64,000 bases of DNA, from the NCBI GenBank assembly GCA_034717495.1, contig JAYELL010000101.1, positions 10,622-74,621 on the forward strand. Reading direction: 5' to 3'. Under the pieces are notes generated by a model. That model ran no database searches. It was not told the DNA's origin and worked only from the letters and a program-made list of their open reading frames with translations. Made by a program: the position numbers and the translations under genes. Of this stretch, positions 23,885 through 34,627 are shown one piece after another (the stretch's first letter is position 1; the number at the start of each line of letters is the position of its first letter). Source of the stretch: Chloroflexota bacterium. Lineage in GTDB: Bacteria > Chloroflexota > Anaerolineae > JAAEKA01.

Positions 23885-26800
23885 ATGCAGAATCCAGAAG
23901 AGTTTCCAGTGTCCGATCTGCCAGGGGAACAGCTTTCTGACGGATATCCTCTGCGGGATATCGAGGCTTTTTCGAGACGTCTCAATAGCTCCCTCGATTT
24001 GGACACAGTGCTGAATTTACTGGCGGATGCTCTCCGGGCGCTGCTTGGAGCCGATCGCTGTGCGATTTTTCTTTACGATTCCAGTACCGAGAGCACTGAA
24101 TGCGTACTGGCGCGCGGGCTTTCCAGGCTCTATACCGATGCCATAAGCGCCACATTTCGAGACCTTCCGGGAGGAGATCTGATTACACAGCGCTTCCAGG
24201 TTGTGGAAGATGCCCTCGCTGATCCCCGCATGATACGCGTGCGGGAAATAATCGATCAAGAGGGATTCAGGTCGATACTCCTGGTATCACTCAGGTTTCA
24301 GGATGTGGCGTTGGGAGCGTTTGCCGCTTATTGGGATGACGTTCGACAGTTTGACGAAACTGTCGTCGCGGTTGCCCAAACCCTGGCCAACCAGGCGGCA
24401 GTGGCGTTGAAAAACGCCCAATCTTATATGGCTGCCCAGGAACGATTGGAGGAACTGGAAAAGCTGCACTGCTCGGCAGTCGAAATCAGTAGAGAGCATG
24501 ATTTGCCGGCTACTTTGGCTGTCATTGTCAGCCAGGCGGCCGATGTTTTGGAGGTGCATGAGACCAGGCTGTATCTGAATGATCCGGACCGGTCGCTTCT
24601 GGAGCTGCGGGCAGGGCACAATATTGCCAGGGATGAGATTGGCCAGACTCTCGAAGTGGATGAGGATTGGGGTCAGGAGCCGCAGACATGGCAGGATCAA
24701 CGGGGATCGATGTTGCAGACGACCTTGCGTCATGGCGACCGGGTCCTGGCGGTGTTGGTCTTTGCAGATCCTTCAGGGGAACGTATCTTTGGCGAAGCCG
24801 ATTTACGAATGGCCAGCCACTTTTCATATCAGACGTCGGGCGCCCTGACCAGCGCGTTGCTATCGGAGGAGTGCAGCAAACGGGCTGATTACCTCATGGC
24901 GCTTCAGCGGGTTGGAACCGCGGTGACAGCCACCCTGGAATTCGGGGACGTGTTGCAGGCTGTGGTAGAAGAGCTTAGAAACACCTTCGAGTATTCGCTC
25001 ACCAGCATTCATCGACTGCAGGATGATACGCTGGTATTGCAGGCAGCAGCATTTCAATTCCCCCAGGAGAAGAAAGCGGCCTCCGGGTTGAACGAGGGAA
25101 TCATCGGGCGCGTGGCTCGCCTGGCCCGAGCGGAATGCGTCACCGATGTTGCTCAGGATCAGGATTATCTTGAGATTGTAGCGGATACCGTAACTGAAGC
25201 TGCGGTCCCCATTTTCCTGGAGGGACGTGTTTGGGGAGTGTTGAACGTTGAGGCTTCCGACCGGACAACGCTGGATCCGTCGGTGTTGCCGCTGCTGGAG
25301 ATGTTGGGTTACCAGATTGGCGTTGCGATTCGCAATGCCGAGTCATTTGCGGAGAGTCGGCAGCGCGTGGCTGAGTTAGAGGCGTTGAGACAGTCGAGTC
25401 TTCAGCAGGCATCTTCGCTGGATACCCGGGCCATGATCGAAACGATCGTGCAAAGCGCTATGGCTTTGGTCCGACCAAAGGTGGTTCATCTCTATCTGTA
25501 CGATGCCAGGCGGGAAGAATTTACCTTGAGTAGGGCGCTGTCGGATACCGGAGAAAGAAATCCGGCCGTTCCGAAGCCTCGCAAGGATGGCATTGTTGCA
25601 ACGACAGTAGATCTTGGTGCTCCGTTGATCATCAATGATGCTATCCAACATCCCCTGTTTGGCGAAAATCCCGATCCCTCAGTTCGCGAGTGGGGTGTCA
25701 CGGCGATTGGCGCTTTTCCACTGGTGCGTCCCAACGGCATATTGGGTGTTCTGACCATTAGCTTCACCCGACGTTTCGAATTCACCGAATCGGTCACGCA
25801 TGTGTTATCTCTTCTGGCAGATCAGGCAGCCGTAGCACTGGAGAATGCCCGGCTTTTCGAGCTGGAGGCAGAACGCCGTCAATTGGCTGATACGCTAAGG
25901 CATATGGCTGCGGCTGTTAGTTCTGCGCCTGGTTTTACTACAGCGGCCGAGACCATTCTGGACTACCTGGGAAAGGTGATTTCGTACGATACGGCAGCCA
26001 TCGTGGTTCTGGAAGGAGATCGCTTCGATCTGGGCGCATTTGCAGGTGAGTTCGCTCCGCCACCCATGGTAGTTGCGGGAATGCATCGTACTGAACTTCC
26101 CGCTTGTGACCATGTGGTCTTGACCGGGCAGCCGCTGGTGATTCAGAATACGGAGAAGAGCGAGAGGTGGCGAAAGCTTCCCGGTGGACAACTGGAGGTC
26201 CGTTCCTGGTTGGGTGTCCCGTTGCGTCACCAGGGGGAGGTTTTCGGCACCCTGAATGTGGATAGCGGGCAATACAACGCGTTCTCACAGGAAGACGTAC
26301 AGATCGTTCAATCTTTTGCCGATCAGGTGGCCACAGGCCTTATCAACGCGCGACTTCACGAGACGGTTCGGTGGCGTGCTGAAGAGGCAGAGCGTCTGCG
26401 CGACTTCAACGACAGCATTCTGCGTGGCGTGGAGGCGGGTATTCTGTTGGAGGATGACCGGGATCGCATCGAGTATGTCAATCCCCGGCTTTGCCAGATG
26501 GTTGGTTATTGCGCTGATGAGTTGCTTGGTCGCCAATCGGGAATCCTGTTGACGCCCGAAATGGATAAGTTTGTGTCTCAGCAGTCTTCGGGGCGCCCGG
26601 CAGGGATAAAGGGACGGTATGAGGCATCATTGCTTCACAAGGAGGGCCACGAGATTCCAGTCCTGGTAAATGCAACGCCCACCTTCCGGAGTGGTGTTTT
26701 TCAAGGCACCTTGACCGCCTTCACCGATATTACCCTGCGCAAGCATACGGAAGAGAACCTACTTGCTCTCAATAAAGCTGCGACTGCCGTGCGCAGGGCT

Positions 26801-28516
26801 ACCGAACCCAGGGACGTCTATGATACGATCTCGGAGGAGTTGCAGCGGCTTGGTCTTTCATCAGTGATCATGCAGGTTGACGAGAAGATGGAATTCGGCA
26901 GTCTGATCCACATGGCGCTTTCCTACGAGTTCTCTGATGAGAAGCGGCGAGGCTTCTTCCAAACCCTGGACCATCGACAGTACAGGATAAGCGGAATCGA
27001 TGCCTTGGAACGCGTCCTGATGGATGGCCAGGCGGAGTACGTCGAGGGTTTGACGGAAATCCTGCCTCGATGGCTGCGTCCTGAGGAGGTTATCGACGAC
27101 TCTCTCTGGGATTTCGTAGCGTCGTTGCGGGCAGTGATCGCGCCTCTTGTAAGCCGGGACCGGCGAATAGGAATCCTTGCGGTCATGGGAGACCATCTTC
27201 AGCAGGCGGATGTTCCTTCGGTAGAAGCGTTCGCCAACCAAATGTCGGTCGCCCTGGACAATGCGCGTCTGTTGGCGGCGGAACGGCGGGAGCGGGAGCG
27301 GGCCGAGGCGTTGGGAGAAGTTGCCCGCATCTTGAGTTCGACCCAGCACCTGGTCGATGCACTCGGGCAGGTGCTGAAACAATTGAGACGGCTCGTTGAT
27401 TTCGACAGCAGTTCTCTCCTGTTGTATGAGGAGGGTGCCTTCATTTGCGCGGCTGCGGAGGGCTTTGACAACCCGGAAGCTGTCGTGGGATCGGAGTTTG
27501 ATCCCGGCGAGATCAGCCTGTTAGCTGAGATGCTTCGCTCACCTCAGGTTGAATTGATTGCCAACACGTTGCAGGATGAACGCTGGAAGGATCTGCCGGG
27601 ATCGGAAGGCGTCACCTCCTGGATGGCGGCACCACTTACGGCTGATGGCCGGTTGGTAGGCGTATTAACAGCAAACAAGACCGAGCCCGATTTTTACGGC
27701 GAGCCCGATTTGCAGGTCCTGGCTGCTTTTGCCGACCAGATCTCGGTTGCCATCGACCGGGCGCGTCTGCACCGGGATACCCTGGCGGCGTACCATGAAT
27801 TGCGTCAGCTGGACCGGATGAAAGATGAGTTTGTGCAGAATGTCTCTCACGAACTGAGAACGCCCCTTACCTTCGTTCGGGGTTATGTGGAGTATCTGCT
27901 CGAGGGATACGCAGGGGACCTCAATCCGGAGCAGAAGGAAGCCCTGGAGATTGTCCTGGACCGCGGCAATGCCATCATCGATCTGGTCAACGGTATTATT
28001 TCCCTGAAACAGGCCGAAATGCAGGCGGTCAATCTCAGACCGATTTCCTTGCAGAAGGTTGCCTTGGCCTGCGTACAGGGAGCTCTGGTTTCCGCAGGGA
28101 AGGCTGGTGTTGAGTTGCGGCAGGCATATGACCCGCAGCTTCCTCAGGTCTACGGCGATTCGAAACAACTGGGACAGGTTTTTGACAACCTTGTCGGAAA
28201 TGCCATCAAGTTCAGCCCCGATGGCGGGGTTGTTACAGTTCGGTTAACGGCTCTGAGTGACGTTATTCATGCCCAGGTCAGCGACACGGGTATTGGTATT
28301 CCAGCGGATCGGCAGGAAAAGATATGGGATCGTTTCTACCAGGTTGATGGCGCATCCACTCGTCGTTTCGGCGGGACGGGTCTCGGTCTCGCTATCGTCA
28401 GACGAATCATCGATGACCATAACGGAAAACTCTGGGTTGAGAGCGAGGTGGAGAAAGGCAGTACTTTCCACTTCACGATTCCCACCTGTTCATCTCTGGA
28501 GTCAGGACTGGATTGA
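23885..28516 (+). CDS. multi-GAF / PAS sensor histidine kinase (1543 aa)
   Basis: A series of GAF-like units (recurring pattern ...VALENARLFE.../...ALDNARL...), a PAS segment (GILLEDDRDRIEYVNPRLCQMVGY), a HisKA H-box SHELRTPLT and a HATPase_c domain (N, G1 DTGIGI, G2 GGTGLGL). No receiver domain. Confidence 0.9.
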   Translation: MQNPEEFPVSDLPGEQLSDGYPLRDIEAFSRRLNSSLDLDTVLNLLADALRALLGADRCAIFLYDSSTESTECVLARGLSRLYTDAISATFRDLPGGDLITQRFQVVEDALADPRMIRVREIIDQEGFRSILLVSLRFQDVALGAFAAYWDDVRQFDETVVAVAQTLANQAAVALKNAQSYMAAQERLEELEKLHCSAVEISREHDLPATLAVIVSQAADVLEVHETRLYLNDPDRSLLELRAGHNIARDEIGQTLEVDEDWGQEPQTWQDQRGSMLQTTLRHGDRVLAVLVFADPSGERIFGEADLRMASHFSYQTSGALTSALLSEECSKRADYLMALQRVGTAVTATLEFGDVLQAVVEELRNTFEYSLTSIHRLQDDTLVLQAAAFQFPQEKKAASGLNEGIIGRVARLARAECVTDVAQDQDYLEIVADTVTEAAVPIFLEGRVWGVLNVEASDRTTLDPSVLPLLEMLGYQIGVAIRNAESFAESRQRVAELEALRQSSLQQASSLDTRAMIETIVQSAMALVRPKVVHLYLYDARREEFTLSRALSDTGERNPAVPKPRKDGIVATTVDLGAPLIINDAIQHPLFGENPDPSVREWGVTAIGAFPLVRPNGILGVLTISFTRRFEFTESVTHVLSLLADQAAVALENARLFELEAERRQLADTLRHMAAAVSSAPGFTTAAETILDYLGKVISYDTAAIVVLEGDRFDLGAFAGEFAPPPMVVAGMHRTELPACDHVVLTGQPLVIQNTEKSERWRKLPGGQLEVRSWLGVPLRHQGEVFGTLNVDSGQYNAFSQEDVQIVQSFADQVATGLINARLHETVRWRAEEAERLRDFNDSILRGVEAGILLEDDRDRIEYVNPRLCQMVGYCADELLGRQSGILLTPEMDKFVSQQSSGRPAGIKGRYEASLLHKEGHEIPVLVNATPTFRSGVFQGTLTAFTDITLRKHTEENLLALNKAATAVRRATEPRDVYDTISEELQRLGLSSVIMQVDEKMEFGSLIHMALSYEFSDEKRRGFFQTLDHRQYRISGIDALERVLMDGQAEYVEGLTEILPRWLRPEEVIDDSLWDFVASLRAVIAPLVSRDRRIGILAVMGDHLQQADVPSVEAFANQMSVALDNARLLAAERRERERAEALGEVARILSSTQHLVDALGQVLKQLRRLVDFDSSSLLLYEEGAFICAAAEGFDNPEAVVGSEFDPGEISLLAEMLRSPQVELIANTLQDERWKDLPGSEGVTSWMAAPLTADGRLVGVLTANKTEPDFYGEPDLQVLAAFADQISVAIDRARLHRDTLAAYHELRQLDRMKDEFVQNVSHELRTPLTFVRGYVEYLLEGYAGDLNPEQKEALEIVLDRGNAIIDLVNGIISLKQAEMQAVNLRPISLQKVALACVQGALVSAGKAGVELRQAYDPQLPQVYGDSKQLGQVFDNLVGNAIKFSPDGGVVTVRLTALSDVIHAQVSDTGIGIPADRQEKIWDRFYQVDGASTRRFGGTGLGLAIVRRIIDDHNGKLWVESEVEKGSTFHFTIPTCSSLESGLD

Positions 28517-28620
28517 AGCAATGCTCCTCTGAAACCAGGGGTCTATGAGATGCTGGCACAGCGTGGATGACTGCTGAAAAGCCCATGGTTTCAATCGGGA
28601 ATCACTTTTGAAAGGGTTGC

Positions 28621-30003
28621 GTGAAAATGCCAGATGATTTGCTGCTAGCCGATGGCTGCCATATGCGTGTGGCTGATGCCGCCTACGTTTTTGAATGCAT
28701 CCAGGACGCTGTGTGCTGCTCGGTGGTTGCTGTCAGCAACATGGGCAAGTCGGCACTGCTGCGCTTGATCGCTGATCCGGCGGTCCAGGCCTCCTATTTA
28801 GGCGACCTGGCATCTTCGTATACCTTTGTGCTTGTCGACTGCAATCGAATGCTTGAGCTGTCTGAGCAGGGGTTCTATGAGCTGGTGGTTCGCTGTCTGA
28901 TGGATCGCCTTGTTGGCGACAATACCTACGACGATATTTGTGGCGAACTTCAGGCGACCTACGATCTGCTTATCCATCCAGCCAGCTCATTCGATATTCC
29001 ATTGAGCTTCAATCGCGCGATGACTCTGGTCAACGAAAGCACTGAACGCAATCTGGTATTGCTCTTCGACGAGGTTGATCAGGCTGTTGCAGGTATTCAA
29101 AGCCGGGTCTTTCTCAATCTGCGGGCGTTGAAGGATCAGTACAAAGGTCGGCTGGTTTATGTGACCGCGACCGATCAAACCCTGCGCGAGATCCGGCAGG
29201 GCACCGACATCGATGAATTCAACGAACTTTTCACCCATCATACCTATCACCTGCCGCCGCTATCGGAGCAAGATACCGAACACTTCGCGCGGCGATTTGC
29301 GAAGCAGGAAGGGGTATCCTTTGATGAGGCTGACCAGCGCTTCATCTATCACTGGGCCGGCGGGCATCCGGGCCTCCTGGAGGCCACCTGCCAGGCACTG
29401 GGTCGCGTGACTGGCGCCCACGAACGCGATGAGATTCAGGACTGGGTAATTCACCGGGAGGTCGCCAGCTGGCTTTCTGATGAATTAAGTGTACGAGTAG
29501 AGTGTCGCAAGATTTGGGAGGACCTTAGCCAGCAGGAGCAGCAAAGTCTCATGGGCGTTGACCGGCGGGATCGAGAGCTTTCTGAGGAGATCGTCGCTGT
29601 TCTTCGCAAAAAACATATTCTCGTTCAGTCTGGGGAGGAAACCGATGCGTTTTCACGTCTCTTTGGCGAGTTTATCAACCGTTTAAGAGCTACCCGGAGT
29701 CCCGCTTCGCTGGGGGTACGTGTCGATGTGGAGTCTGGCGAAGTGATGGTGGATGGCAAGGTTACCGACACACTCACAAACCTCGAATACCGCCTGCTGC
29801 TCTTGCTCTATGGACGGCTTGGGCAGATAGTCGGGAAATATGACGTGGTCGAGGCAGTGTGGGGTGAGGACTACATCGACGATGTTGACGATGCCCGTAT
29901 CGAGAAACTCGTCAGCCGTCTTCGCAACAAGATTGAGCCCGAACCTCGAAACCCGCGCTATCTCGTTACAGTGCGCGGCCGCGGCTATCGGCTTGAGACC
30001 TGA
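28621..30003 (+). CDS. transcriptional regulator: N-terminal P-loop ATPase domain + C-terminal OmpR/PhoB-type winged helix (no receiver domain)
   Basis: Walker A-like VSNMGKSALL and Walker B VLLFDEVD. The C-terminus LEYRLLLLLYGRLGQIVGKYDVVEAVWG...ARIEKLVSRLRNKIEP...VRGRGYRL matches trans_reg_C. Confidence 0.7.
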   Translation: MKMPDDLLLADGCHMRVADAAYVFECIQDAVCCSVVAVSNMGKSALLRLIADPAVQASYLGDLASSYTFVLVDCNRMLELSEQGFYELVVRCLMDRLVGDNTYDDICGELQATYDLLIHPASSFDIPLSFNRAMTLVNESTERNLVLLFDEVDQAVAGIQSRVFLNLRALKDQYKGRLVYVTATDQTLREIRQGTDIDEFNELFTHHTYHLPPLSEQDTEHFARRFAKQEGVSFDEADQRFIYHWAGGHPGLLEATCQALGRVTGAHERDEIQDWVIHREVASWLSDELSVRVECRKIWEDLSQQEQQSLMGVDRRDRELSEEIVAVLRKKHILVQSGEETDAFSRLFGEFINRLRATRSPASLGVRVDVESGEVMVDGKVTDTLTNLEYRLLLLLYGRLGQIVGKYDVVEAVWGEDYIDDVDDARIEKLVSRLRNKIEPEPRNPRYLVTVRGRGYRLET

Positions 30004-30063
30004 TCGGCCACGTGTGTCCTGCCCTGTTACACCCGAAGGTCAGGTGGTGGTCGGTCTGAAGTC

Positions 30064-30092
30064 TGGTCACCCATGATGTGACGTGGTATTAT
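30064..30092 (+). promoter_or_regulatory. candidate pspA promoter (TGGTCA-N17-TGgTATTAT)
   Basis: Extended -10 at 30084-30092 with a -35-like hexamer 17 nt upstream. AAGGAGG RBS 8 nt before the pspA ATG. Confidence 0.4.
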
Positions 30093-30184
30093 GATACTGG
30101 CCCGCGACACTATCGGCCAAAGGTGGTTTTCGCTGCTCTGATCACTACCGGGCGTCGAAAAGCCCTGTCAAGGAGGCCTCAACA

Positions 30185-30859
30185 ATGGTTTCCCTCTTAG
30201 AGAAAGTAAATGCGCTGATAAAGGCGAATCTGCATCTTCTTGTGGTTCAGGCGCTCCAGTCGAGTTCGATGGGTGTCATTAACCAATACATGCGCGAGGT
30301 CGAGGATCATCTCGATGATTTGCAGGATGCATCCAATACTGTCGGTGAGCAAGTCAAAACGGTACGTCGCAAACGGGAAACATATCAGGTCCGGTCGGAG
30401 CGGTTGGACCGCGATATCGATCTCTTTTTATTGGAGGGCCAGGAGGCTTTGGCCATTGGTGGACAGGGCAAGCTCAATGCGACGAACCGGGTCATGGATG
30501 CATATGGCCAGCAATTGCTTGTTTTTTCCCAGGAACATGGAGAACTCAAGGATGCCCATCTCAAGTTGCAGGCCAAACTGACAGCTATTCGGCAGGAAAA
30601 GGAAGAGCTGCAAGGGCTGCTTGATCTGGCGGAGGCCAAGGATGTCGGCCTGGCGACTATCAGTAGTCTCGATGACCTGGCGGGTACCGGCGACCATGAT
30701 GTGGATCGGATTGTCGAAAACATCCGAAACCGGCTTGACCGGGTCTCGGCGCAGGACATAGACCGGCAGATGCGTGATATCCTGGAGCGAGATGAGATCG
30801 AGGCCCAGTTGCTGGCGCGCAAACGCCGGCTGGGGATAGTCAACGGCGTAGCGGCCTGA
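30185..30859 (+). CDS. pspA: PspA/IM30 family protein (phage-shock protein A / Vipp1-like)
   Basis: N-terminus MVSLLEKVNALIKANLHLL plus continuous coiled-coil heptads typical of PspA/IM30. 224 aa. Confidence 0.8.
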   Translation: MVSLLEKVNALIKANLHLLVVQALQSSSMGVINQYMREVEDHLDDLQDASNTVGEQVKTVRRKRETYQVRSERLDRDIDLFLLEGQEALAIGGQGKLNATNRVMDAYGQQLLVFSQEHGELKDAHLKLQAKLTAIRQEKEELQGLLDLAEAKDVGLATISSLDDLAGTGDHDVDRIVENIRNRLDRVSAQDIDRQMRDILERDEIEAQLLARKRRLGIVNGVAA

Positions 30860-30893
30860 GAGAATCCGCTCAGGCCGTCTTTTGACAGGTACC

Positions 30894-31733
30894 ATGACCA
30901 ACGAGTCGACTTACGCGGAGATCAAACGCCAGGCCAACAAACGAATCCTCGCAGGCGCGATTTTTCGCATCGAAAATGCCGTTATCATTCTGGGATCGTT
31001 GTTTTTTGCCATCCTGCTGCCCAATCCCTATCCCGAGGTGTTGCCCTGGTGGGATTGGTGGACATGGCTGCTTCTTGGCGCCCTTGCCATGCTAATGCTC
31101 TTTATTCCCGCCGTTGCAGATGCGAACGAGAAAAAAAAATCTATTGAGCGGCTTTTTCAAAGGCAAAACGATATCGGCAGTTTGAAGGATGCATCCCTGC
31201 GAGCAGACATGACCCGGGTGGCTGATCAGGTCGAGGAGATTGGGGAGGCTGCAGGTCGTCGACCTGATGATGGGTTCGCCATGTCGAACCTGGACCGACT
31301 CTGTGACCTGGAGGGCAATCTGGCAGGGCTGGCTCATCGCCTCGATGCCTATCGCGTCGATCCTGTCATCAACGCAGACCGGGAGGAATTGCCGGCTAGC
31401 ATTTCCCGGCTTGAAGACTGGTTGGTGAGCCCCGGTGACACTGCTGAACGGAATCAGGTTGAGGCCATGTTGACGGAGAAACGGCGCTTGCGAGACACCA
31501 TCTCTGAGCTGGACGATCGCATGAATCAGGCTGTGCTTCAACTGGAAGGCTGCGTTTCGTTTGTTGAAGAAATGTATGACAGGTTGGTCATAAACGAGGG
31601 CGTTGCCGGGAGCAACACCCTTGAGGATCTGCCTTCCGAGGTTGAGGGGCAGATTGATGCCTTGCAGGATCGGAACCGTTCGATTGATGCACTCTATGAC
31701 TACCGTGTTCTGGGATTGCCGCAGCAAGGATAA
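30894..31733 (+). CDS. membrane protein with C-terminal coiled-coil (PspA-associated?)
   Basis: Two predicted TM helices (IILGSLFFAILLP... / WWTWLLLGALAMLMLFIP) followed by a ~180-aa acidic coiled-coil region. Sits 35 nt after pspA. Confidence 0.5.
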   Translation: MTNESTYAEIKRQANKRILAGAIFRIENAVIILGSLFFAILLPNPYPEVLPWWDWWTWLLLGALAMLMLFIPAVADANEKKKSIERLFQRQNDIGSLKDASLRADMTRVADQVEEIGEAAGRRPDDGFAMSNLDRLCDLEGNLAGLAHRLDAYRVDPVINADREELPASISRLEDWLVSPGDTAERNQVEAMLTEKRRLRDTISELDDRMNQAVLQLEGCVSFVEEMYDRLVINEGVAGSNTLEDLPSEVEGQIDALQDRNRSIDALYDYRVLGLPQQG

Positions 31734-31786
31734 CCCGGGGACACGATCCATCGGTTCACCCATTTTTCATCAGGTTTCACATTCAT

Positions 31787-32167
31787 ATGCGCTTGAGCAC
31801 GTACGACAAAGTTAATCTCATTGCCGCCTATCACTTTCTCGTTGGTGGATTTTTCCTTCTGATGGCGATTGGCGTAGTAGTCTTTCCGGTCGCAGCTGTG
31901 GTGGTAGAGGCGAGCGACTTCCTGGCACGGTTGCCAGGCTGGTTTCTGGGGCTCAGTCTGCTTGGAATCGCCGCCATCCTTGGCATAGTCGCTCTGATCA
32001 ATCTTGTGTTGGGGTGGGGGCTGTGGCAGCTGAAGGCATGGGGGCGCCTCGGCGCGATGATTGCGGCCATTTTTCGAATACCTTTTGTGCCCTTCGGAAC
32101 CATCGCCGGGGGTATTATCCTCTATCTGCTGCTGCAGGATGAAACGCGCGAGTTGTTTTTGACTTAA
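31787..32167 (+). CDS. small integral membrane protein (4 TM), function unknown
   Basis: Hydrophobic segments throughout. 126 aa. Confidence 0.45.
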   Translation: MRLSTYDKVNLIAAYHFLVGGFFLLMAIGVVVFPVAAVVVEASDFLARLPGWFLGLSLLGIAAILGIVALINLVLGWGLWQLKAWGRLGAMIAAIFRIPFVPFGTIAGGIILYLLLQDETRELFLT

Positions 32168-32222
32168 TCATGCGGTTAGCATTACTTTCCGATCTGATGC
32201 TCAGGGAACTTCGGCCTCTCTC

Positions 32223-32918
32223 ATGGGAGTTGCAATCAAAGTGAGCCTATTCGACCGGGCACGAGACTGGGTGACGACGTTGCTGCCGGTGGGTAGCCTT
32301 CGAAAGATTGACAGCACCGAGCGGGATACCCTGGTGGAGCTCCTGGAGCATGGCCGGCCGGCCGACCGGTGGCTGGCCGCGGAGGCGTTGGGCAATGGGG
32401 ACCCCGGCGCTATAGGGGCAGCCGCTTTGTCGAAGGCTCTGGCGGACCCCGACCCAATGCTCAGCTGGGAAGCAGGCCAGGCATTGGTGCGCATCAATAG
32501 CCTCATAGCATATCGGATGCTTATGGAAGCATTGAAGGGGGATAACGTGGCGGCTCAGTCGACGGCTGCAGCGGTTGCCGGAACCATGGGCCCGATGCCC
32601 GAGTTGAAGCAGGCTTTGCTGGCGGCGCTGGACAGCCCTCATGCCGCTGTGCGTCAGGGTGCCGCAGCATCTCTGGTTGTTCAGCCAAACCCCGATGCGT
32701 TTCCTGTTTTGTTGCGCGCCCTGTGGTCGGATCCGGATCCCTTGGCGAGAGAGGCGATGGCGCGGGCCCTGGGTGGTTTTGGCGATCCAGCGGCATATAA
32801 TGCCCTGGCTGCACGGGCGCGGGACCAGGGGGAGAATCCCCTTGTTCGCCAGACGGCTGCCACTGCATTGGGCCGTCTGGCGCAGCCAAACATGTCCGGG
32901 ACGCCCGCGACAGACTGA
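32223..32918 (+). CDS. HEAT-repeat (PBS lyase-like) protein
   Basis: Recurrent ...R(x)AAEALGxxGDPxA... HEAT-like PBS repeats (ADRWLAAEALGNGDPGA; AVRQGAAASL; LAREAMARALGGFGDPAA; VRQTAATALGRL). Confidence 0.7.
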   Translation: MGVAIKVSLFDRARDWVTTLLPVGSLRKIDSTERDTLVELLEHGRPADRWLAAEALGNGDPGAIGAAALSKALADPDPMLSWEAGQALVRINSLIAYRMLMEALKGDNVAAQSTAAAVAGTMGPMPELKQALLAALDSPHAAVRQGAAASLVVQPNPDAFPVLLRALWSDPDPLAREAMARALGGFGDPAAYNALAARARDQGENPLVRQTAATALGRLAQPNMSGTPATD

Positions 32919-32950
32919 AGTGAGCGGAGGCCGGGCAGGTGGTGCGGCGG

Positions 32951-34627
32951 TTATTCTGTGGCAGCGGACTCGTTGTTCCTTGACATCATGGGGATCTGAA
33001 TGTGGTTTTCCCGGGCGAAGGCAATCGCCTCGGGATAGCCCGCATCTACATGTCGAACGACCCCCATGCCGGGATCGGTGGTAAGTACACGCCACAGGCG
33101 ACGGGCGGCTGCCTCAGTGCCATCGGCAACGATGACCTGGCCCGCGTGTTGGCTGTAGCCAATGCCCACTCCGCCACCGTGGTGGAAACTGACCCATGTC
33201 GCACCACCAACAGCGTTGATCAATGCGTTGAGGATAGGCCAGTCGCTAATGGCATCGGAGCCGTCCAGCATACTTTCCGTTTCCCGGTTAGGGCTTGCAA
33301 CGGAGCCTGAGTCCAGATGGTCACGACCGATGACTATGGGCGCCTTGACCCGCCCATCGGCAACGGCCTGGTTGAAGGCAAGGCCAGCTCGAGCACGTTC
33401 GCCATACTTTAACCAGCAAATGCGAGCTGGCAAACCCTGCCAGGCGACTCGTTCCCTGGCCATCTTCAACCACCGCAATAGATGCTTGTTTTCTGGAAAC
33501 AGCTCCATGATGATCTGATCGGTGGCGTAAATGTCCTCAGGGTCTCCGCTGAGCGCGACCCAACGGAAAGGACCGGAGCCTTCGTAGAACAGTGGGCGAA
33601 CGTAGGCCGGCACAAAGCCGGGATAGTCGAAAGCGTTCTTAACGCCATAGTCGAAAGCTCGCTGGCGCAGGTTGTTGCCATAGTCGAAAACAATGCTACC
33701 CATTTGTTGGAATGCCAGCATAGCTTCGACATGGGCGGCCATGCTGGCATTTGTTCGCTCCAGATAGAGATCCAAATCCCTCTCTCTCAGTTCGGCTGCC
33801 ATCTCAGGCGTCATGCCCGCCGGGATGTATCCCAGAACGGGATCGTGAGCACTTGTTTGATCTGTAACGACGTCGGGAACGATGCCTCGGATTACCAGTT
33901 CCGGCAACACATCGGCTGCATTACCCAGCAGGCCAATGGATTTCGGCTCTCCTGCTGCCTTGGCTTCGGCCACCCAGGTCATTGCCTCTTCAAGACTCTC
34001 GGTGGCAACATCCAGGTACTTATGTTCGAGGCGTCGTTCGATTCGCCATGGGTCCACTTCAACAACCAGGGCCACCCCTTCGTTCATGGTGACAGCAAGT
34101 GGTTGCGCCCCACCCATCTCGCCCAGGCCTGCGGTTAGCACAAATTTGCCCCGGAGCGAGGGCCAGCCATGCTGTCGGGCCAGGCTGGCAAGGGTCTCGT
34201 AGGTGCCCTGAAGGATGCCCTGCGTGCCAATATAGATCCAGGAACCGGCGGTCATCTGGCCGAACATGATCAGCCCTTCCCTCTCCCAGCGATCGAAGTT
34301 CTTCTGGGTCGCCCAGGCAGGTACGATATTGCTGTTGGCGATCAGGACCCGGGGGGCATCTTCGTGGGTACGAAAAACGGCAACCGGTTTGCCACTTTGG
34401 ACGAGCAGGGTTTCATCGGGCTCAAGAGACCGCAAGGACTCCAGAATGGCCTCGAATGCCTGCCAGTTGCGCGCCACCTTGCCTCGTCCCCCGTATACAA
34501 TCAGGTTTTCAGGATCGGCTGCAACTTCCGGGTCAAGGTTGTTCTGAATCATCCGGTATGCCGCTTCGATCAGCCAATTCCGACAGGTCAGTTTGGTGCC
34601 TCGCGGGGCACGAATAACACGCGACAT
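32951..34627 (-). CDS. hutU: urocanate hydratase
   Basis: N-terminus [54 protein letters not shown] is highly characteristic of urocanase. 558 aa. NAD-binding GxGxxG region. Confidence 0.92.
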   Translation of the reverse strand: MSRVIRAPRGTKLTCRNWLIEAAYRMIQNNLDPEVAADPENLIVYGGRGKVARNWQAFEAILESLRSLEPDETLLVQSGKPVAVFRTHEDAPRVLIANSNIVPAWATQKNFDRWEREGLIMFGQMTAGSWIYIGTQGILQGTYETLASLARQHGWPSLRGKFVLTAGLGEMGGAQPLAVTMNEGVALVVEVDPWRIERRLEHKYLDVATESLEEAMTWVAEAKAAGEPKSIGLLGNAADVLPELVIRGIVPDVVTDQTSAHDPVLGYIPAGMTPEMAAELRERDLDLYLERTNASMAAHVEAMLAFQQMGSIVFDYGNNLRQRAFDYGVKNAFDYPGFVPAYVRPLFYEGSGPFRWVALSGDPEDIYATDQIIMELFPENKHLLRWLKMARERVAWQGLPARICWLKYGERARAGLAFNQAVADGRVKAPIVIGRDHLDSGSVASPNRETESMLDGSDAISDWPILNALINAVGGATWVSFHHGGGVGIGYSQHAGQVIVADGTEAAARRLWRVLTTDPGMGVVRHVDAGYPEAIAFARENHIQIPMMSRNNESAATE

